DNA of 64,000 nucleotides from an uncultured Bacteroidales bacterium (GTDB lineage Bacteria; Bacteroidota; Bacteroidia; Bacteroidales; JBBRXJ01): NCBI GenBank assembly GCA_964345135.1, contig CAYFQI010000001.1, positions 3,851 to 67,850 of the forward strand, read 5' to 3'. Shown piece by piece: positions 27,880 to 35,200 of this stretch (position 1 is its first letter; each line of letters starts with the position of its first letter). The notes under the pieces were generated by a model. It saw only the letters and a program-made list of their open reading frames with translations, ran no database searches and was not told where the DNA came from. The position numbers and the translations under genes were made by a program.

Positions 27880-29124
27880 TTAGTCTTTTTTAGGAAAAGG
27901 GTTTTTCTTTTTTGAATAATTTTGTTCATTATATTCGATATTAGGATATCCCCTGTCTGTTCTCATTAAAAAAATTACTTTATAAAAAGGGGGGCGATTT
28001 TCAATGTCACCTTGTTCATTTTGATTTGTAGGCATCTCATCAGATTCATCAACGCGCCCGGAAATTGAAAAAGTAGCCTGATCACTTGAATCTATTTTAA
28101 CCCATTTTGATGCAAGAATACTATTAACATATTGAGTTTCTCTTGAACTTCTTTTATTTTCTTTATATTTCACATAATCACTACCAGCTTTATCTTTTAG
28201 ACCTGCATTAATATGGTGGTTATGTTGGTTTTCATTAACAAATTTGTGTCTATGCTTAAATTTTTTACTTGCAAAATCCTGTGGGTCAACAAAATGATTA
28301 TGTTTTGGCATGCTGTTTTCATCCATCATCCATGTATGTTTGGGTTTATCTATATCATCACTATTCTTTGCATCATCTGATTGCTTATAATTTGTATAAT
28401 CCGAATGCTGATCAGGATCATCCGACACCCCAACCACAAATCGGTCTGTCATATCCGGTGAACGGTTGTGCCCATTGCATATCTGCCAGCCTTCCATGAT
28501 GGTGCCTGGTTTCCCTTGTCCGAGGTAGGGAAAATGATCATCTGCATTACTTTGTTCGAGAGCATCAAGACCATTATAAAACATCAGATTTCCGTTATCA
28601 TCAGTAAGGTCGCCTGAATACATAATTATAGACCCTTTTGGATACCGTGGCTGGCTATAACGCAGCCTGACCCAGCCATATTTGTTTTCGTCTTCAATGT
28701 ATTTGAAATAATAAAATCCTTTTTTATCCGGCGGCCCGGTTAAATAAAACAGCAGGCCTTCTCCGTCAGCCGTGTTTATTGTAGAAGCATCGGGCAATTG
28801 ATCTACCCGCGGCACCAGGATTCCTTTATTTGCAGAACGCACATCAAGCATTGCAGAAGGATGAGGGGGATAATTATCGGTAGATATGGACACCCCGGTT
28901 TGTTTCTCTTGTGCATACAATGTATTCTGTGCGATCATCAGGATGAATAAACACATGCTGTATGTTGCAATTTTGTTCATCCATAAATATTTATTGTTTT
29001 TAATACCACAATGGCGTTTGCTATGAGGTTTAATGAAAACCAGGTGTTTTATAATCTTTCCCATACAGGTCAAATATTTGTTTATGGCTTGATTCATTTT
29101 CATTTGTTTATAAATTTCGGGCAT
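27880..29124 (-). CDS. secreted phage-tail-collar domain protein, paralog 1 (414 aa as tracked; signal-peptide start MNKIATYSMCLFILMIAQNTLYAQ at 28980 is more likely)
   Basis: Motifs are SAMLDVRSANKGILVPRV, KGFYYF...GWVRL, GSIIMYSGD, MEGWQICNGHNRSPDMTDRFVVGV, MPKHNHFV and ENRPPFYKVIFLMR. Confidence 0.75.
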   Translation of the reverse strand: MPEIYKQMKMNQAINKYLTCMGKIIKHLVFIKPHSKRHCGIKNNKYLWMNKIATYSMCLFILMIAQNTLYAQEKQTGVSISTDNYPPHPSAMLDVRSANKGILVPRVDQLPDASTINTADGEGLLFYLTGPPDKKGFYYFKYIEDENKYGWVRLRYSQPRYPKGSIIMYSGDLTDDNGNLMFYNGLDALEQSNADDHFPYLGQGKPGTIMEGWQICNGHNRSPDMTDRFVVGVSDDPDQHSDYTNYKQSDDAKNSDDIDKPKHTWMMDENSMPKHNHFVDPQDFASKKFKHRHKFVNENQHNHHINAGLKDKAGSDYVKYKENKRSSRETQYVNSILASKWVKIDSSDQATFSISGRVDESDEMPTNQNEQGDIENRPPFYKVIFLMRTDRGYPNIEYNEQNYSKKKNPFPKKD

Positions 29125-29147
29125 TTATACAAAACACTGTTTGTAAA

Positions 29148-29171
29148 GTCCGTAGCGAGGACACTACGGAC
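29148..29171 (-). terminator. perfect 8-bp hairpin (gtccgtag-N8-ctacggac) about 100 nt downstream of the 2902-aa gene stop
   Basis: Read directly from the sequence. On the minus strand it is followed by TTTACAAACAGTGTTTTG, which is only a weak U-tract. Confidence 0.3.
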
Positions 29172-29274
29172 AACAACTGCCCGGCGTAGTTTGTAACTAA
29201 GTCGCAGAAGAACCTTTTATAATCATGTATGTGTATGTTAAACATTTTTATCATAAGTGTATCAATATTGGTGT

Positions 29275-32200
29275 TTAAGGACAATTTTTTATGATTTGCA
29301 ATCCGTTTTCAATATTCAGGTTTCCGCCCTGCATGATGAGCCATGTATCCCTGTTTTCAACAGATATGAGGGCTTTGGATATGGTTGCATCATGCCGTAA
29401 GGTTACCGTATGGTCATAAATGATCACCATGTCATCAGTTCCCGGGGTTTGCCCGTTGCCAACCGTTGCATATTTATCAAAAGACCAGATATTATCATCC
29501 CAGTCACCGTCTGCTATAGAATAGAATATATCGCCGTCAAAATCGCTTTGTACACAAAGAGAAAATGTACCTGCAAAGCGAGATGGCGGGAAAAACGGAA
29601 GCGAAAATCTACTGTAATTGTCAACTGAAATATAATACCACTCCCCGGGCGTAAGGTTATTGGCTGTAATGGTAATTTCATCCTGGGTGGGATTGTTTTG
29701 TTTGCTGCATGATATTTCTGTATAATCATCATCCCACAACGCGATATATGCACGGGAAATGGTTCCGGTTTCATTGTTTGTTTTCAGTGTTATTTCAGCA
29801 TATTCACTTACAGCGACAAATTTAAACCACCTGTTGTTATTCGGGCCGTTGTCCCAGCATGACCCAGCCTCTTTGTCGGGCGTAGCCTCTACTGTGGTGT
29901 AGGCTTCAAGTTCGGAACACCAAACCTGAGCATTATCAATTATTTTAGCGCCTTCTGCATAATCATAATCATAATAACTGTTTATACACAAGTCAAACCT
30001 TCCTGTGTTGGTTCGCCTTCCCCGGTTATCAACAGATACATAATACCATTCCCCGGGTGTTACCAGTATGTCTTTCAACCTGGCTGTGCCATTGGGGCCT
30101 GCAGAATGACAATCTACCTCTCTGCGCCTGTTGTCCCATAACGCAATTACAGCTGCCTGGATTGGATTGTCTCCTTCCGGAGATGCACTGACAGTTACTC
30201 TGTTTCCAATGGCTTTGAATTTAAACCATTTATTATACTGTGGCCTTCTCATGCAACTGGAGCCTCTTATATCCCTGGTAGCACCCACGGTAGTATAATC
30301 CTGTTTCCAGTTGGCTTTTCCAGCACACCAATTGTCCGGGTTGGCAATTTCCGTGGCAAACTGGAAAAAGTCATTGTCTCTTCCATTGCTCAGGCATAGG
30401 CTGAATGTTCCGCGTGTTTCATTATCGCTGTCAACAGAAAAATAATATGTCCGTCCGGGCTGGAGACGATCATATATTAAATACAAATCATCATCAGGAT
30501 TTGTATATTGTTCACATGCCAGTTCAGCCCCATTTTGATTCCAGAGTGTTAAATACGGGTTTCGTAATGTGCCTTTTCCGTTTCCTGTTGACAAAATGAT
30601 TTTAATTGTCCTGGTTGTAGCAGTGAATTTAAACCATTTATTTGCAACCGGCCCGCCAGTCATACATGAAGGTTTTGCATGATCGGGGGTTGCGTCTTCA
30701 TTGGTATATATGGCTGCATTAGAACACCAGTAATCCTGTCCATTCATATCGAGCATCATGGCATGGTCAAAGCAATCATAAATGGCGGGGCTTGGCATGG
30801 TAATAAGCACCTGGTCGGTAGCAGAGCAGCCGGCTGCATTAGAAACATTCAACGTGTACATGGTTGTTTGATCAGGCGACGCGGTAGGAGTGCGGCAATC
30901 ATTACAGCTCAATCCATCAGCAGGGCTCCATGCATAAGATAATCCATCGCCTTCATTGGCATTAAGAATAACAGATGTTCCCGGGCATATTCCCAAATCG
31001 GGACCTGCATCTGCAACAGGAGCAGGAAGCGTGTTGATGGTAAATTCTGCCGTGTCTGTGCATCCATTGGCATTTAGCCCTACCACCTGATAACCAGAGG
31101 TATCATAAGGAATAATAACAGGGTTATGGCAGTCGGTACAGCTTAAATAATCATTGGGCTGCCATGAATATGCATCGGCCCCGGAAACATTCACAGATAC
31201 CTGCTCGCCTTCGCATACTGTGGGCGTATTAAACCTGTAGGTGATTTCAAGTCTGGGTTTATTGGCTTCATCATCTGTTTCACGGGAATAAAACCGAAAA
31301 CGTTGTTCATATCTTACCGATTCCGGGAAGTAAATGATTACTCCATGGTTCGTCTCAACATTATCATACCATTTTTCTGCAAAATCAGTGATGTCAATGG
31401 TGTAATCCTGATCCATTGAATTAGGCGGGGACAAGACTTTTTTATTTGTCAATGTATATTCAGGCTGGTTATTCCAATCCGTATTGCTTTCATCCCAGCT
31501 ATTAATTACCCGGGCAATAATGCCATTATTCCCGGACCTATGGCCGTTTCCGCTTAATGTCATCGTGGCGTTGAGAATCTCAATGTTTGAGGGGAGCGTA
31601 AATGATAAATCTTCAAATTTTATCAGTGCCCTTTTCTGTTCATTAAAGAAAAATCCCCATACTGGAACCTCTCTGTTTTCAACAAACAGATTTTCATCTG
31701 ACCCGTAATTAGTCCCCGCGTTTCTTTGTGAAACATAAGTATCCTGGGTAGCATTCAGGGTTATTGTTTGTTCTTCCGGGGCATTAGTGGTAATATTCAC
31801 ATACAAATCCGGGGTCAACAGCACAGTAATATCTTTTTTAAACTCTTCTGTTTCTCCGGAATTAAACTCAACAGTAAGCGTAACAGTATATACCCCGGAG
31901 TCAGCATATGTATGCGTAATACCAGGCTCTGAATACGTTGTACCGTCTCCCATGTCCCAGGTATAATTATCAATATCCGCAGGATTGAGTGTTGTGGAAA
32001 ATGCTGCACTTTCGCCGAGGCAGAGTTGATTGGGCCCGCTGATAATTTCTGAAGACGCTTCTTTTACTGTACTGAATTCAGAAGTGTTATTGTTTAATGT
32101 AGAAGTGGCGCTAAAAAGCTGGCCTGAATAATCAAAGTCATGAATGGTAGTGTGCCAGGTATTATTAAGGCTTGTCACAGAAGCCACATACTTATATTGA

Positions 32201-35200
32201 ATATTTCCTGCCACGGTTTCTTCTACTGCATATATTTCAATCACATCAGAATTATATACAGAAGTTCCTTCTATTTCAATATTGCCATTATAAAAATTAA
32301 TATATGTAATTTCAGGCGGTTCCATATTATTGTTTGCATTGCCCATAAGCCTATGGACACTATCTGTCGGACATTCAATGTGCATTAAAAACTCATTTTC
32401 AGAGAGATGGTTCTGTTGTCCTGCCGGCTGCACAATAATGCCATTTGCCGTGGCATTATAATTTCTGATTTTATTGGTATTATCATGGCCTCCAATGGTA
32501 TTATTTGATCCTGATATAATAATGGCTTTACTGTTTTGCACATTATCATTTACATACAAAACATTATCAAACACCTGGTTAAAATAACCGTGTATCAAAA
32601 GAGGGGTTTGTCCATGAATATGGCAATGATGTATTTGTGCATAGCCGGAAGACAAGGCAATGCCCTCGCCTTCTGATTCAAAAACAATATTTTGCAGGGT
32701 GGTACCACTGTCACAATTGATTTGAAGTAGTTCACCGGAAAATCCTGAAGAAGAGATGTTAATCAAATAATCATTGCCCTGGTAACCGTTTCGGGGCTGG
32801 GTGTTGCCGTCCATTTGTATTGGTTTTGTAACCGGAGGCAATTCAGATGTAAGGTTTATTGTATGAGGTGCTTCACCCGGGATACAGAAAATGATCTCAC
32901 CACCATTTTCACTGGTGTTAATGTCAATTATTGCATTTCTTAATGAGCCTTTGCCTATATTATTTGTATTGGTCACGGCATATATATCTTCATACCCGGG
33001 TTCTTTTTGTTCGGTGATGATGATTTCTGATATTCCGGTACATCCATTGGCATCTATTACATCTACATAATACGTGCCTGGTTCAGATACCTGAAGCGAA
33101 GGGTCATTGGATATGATGTCTTTGGGATTGGTGCTTGCCTGGCCATACAATGCCTGTATTTCATCAGCATTGAGTATCCTGTTGTATATCCATATATCAT
33201 CCATTTTACCATTAAAAAAGTGTTCTACACCTTGTCCGTTGTCTCCACCAATGAACAGGTCTTTTAAACTATCATCAGGCCTTGTGCCTGAGGGTGTCCG
33301 TCGTTCAATCGTATTTTCGAGCTGACCGTTAACATAAAATAGCACATCATTTGTAGTCGAGCTTGCATCATAAACTACTGCTAAATGTATCCATTCTCCT
33401 AAATCCGGAGAAAATTGATTGGTGTACCATTCTCCTTTATAATTTGAAAAATGGTCTTCCAGTTGGAGGTAATTCCCTACATCATGCAAATGGATGCTCC
33501 AAAAGCCTCCACTCATACCATTTGATTGATCTTTAGCAAAGTACCTGTCCCAATCTTCTTTACTATCAAGGTATAACCAAAAAGCTATTGTTCCTCCATC
33601 ATCCCATATATTGTTGATTGAACTGTGAGCAGGGACCTGAATAAAATCATCATCCCCATCAAAATGGTAAGCTTTATTTGTATTGCCAAACCGGTCTGTC
33701 GTCAGAATAGCTCCATCCACAGCACCATCATTCCCATTCCCGCTCTCATCATTGGCATTGCCATTGAACGGGTAATAAGCAGCAAGACCGTCCTTAAGGT
33801 TAACATTCGGGCCATGCCATCCGTTTTGGGTGTAGAGTGATTGAATTTCATTTTCAATTAAAGCACGGTTGTATATTCGTACATCATCAATCATTCCATT
33901 AAAATAATAATTTGCTAAACCATCCCTGATCGCAGCTCCTATAGCAACCATATCTATATTATCAAAAAATGAATTTTCATAATTATAAATGCCTGTCGTC
34001 TCTATTTGATTATCAATATAGAATTTCACATTTCCACTTTCATCTACAGTTGCCGTATAAAGATGCCATTCCTCTTTTTCACAAACCGGCCCTTCAAATT
34101 TCACAAGTTGTTCACTGCCAGAATTTCGTAAGCCAAAACGTGATGTATTTGAATATGTATTATCAGTTAATAAACCAATAAATGAGCTACCATGGCTTGT
34201 TTCTTTATCACGCTGACAAAAAATATAATTTGCATCTGTATATTCTTCAATCTTAGCCCAAATACTGATGCTAAAAGGCATTTGAGTAATGATGATTTTA
34301 TTATCATTCAATTCAATATAATCATCTACCCCGTCAAAATCATATGCACTATTCGGGTTGCCAAACCGGTCTGTTGTTAAAACGGATCCATTGACTGTAC
34401 CATCATGTCCGTTTCCTGTTTCATCAACCGCGTTGGCATTAAAGGGGTAATATGCTATAAGTCCGCTATCTAAATTCGAGGTGTCTTTATACCAGGCATA
34501 CTGGTCATAGGCTTCGGTTAGGGATAACGTGGCCGGGTCATTGGTATAACCATCCTGGCACGGGATGTAATGCAGGGTCGGTTTATCTGAAACAATAGTG
34601 GGAGGAATAAATTGATTGCAATTATTCAATTTAACTTCAACAAAATCTGAGTCTTCGCATGTGCCTGCTTTTAGCTTCACATAGTATGTTCCGGATTGAG
34701 TTACATTGGCGGGCTGCTCCAGGGGTTCTGTCAGTGCTTCATCTTTCCAGTATGAATACTCGTGTTGATAGATATTTATGCCGGTAATGTCCCAATAATC
34801 CTTGTCTATAGAAGTGTTTAGCTCGAATTTAATGTAGCGGGCTTCTATCCCGTGTATTTTAATGTTTTGTGTGGCATTAATTTGTATAGGTCCGAATTCA
34901 GCTGCTTTAGTCCAGTTGGTATTATCTTTTGAGAGGTATACACTGCATGTGCCTTCATCAAAAACATTCCACCCGGAGGTAATGTCAATTTCACCCACTG
35001 AGTATTCAGCTTGCATGTCAATGGTAAAGTAATTGGTATTGGATGAGCGAGCCTGTGCATGAAAATATGTATTGGGATCATTGTCGAGCATTGCTTGCAG
35101 GCCATCTGCATCATCCCACCAATCAAGATCACTCATGTTATTTGGGCATGTATAACTACTATTGTCCGTCATGCCGTATCCATTTCCCGATGTTCCTTCA

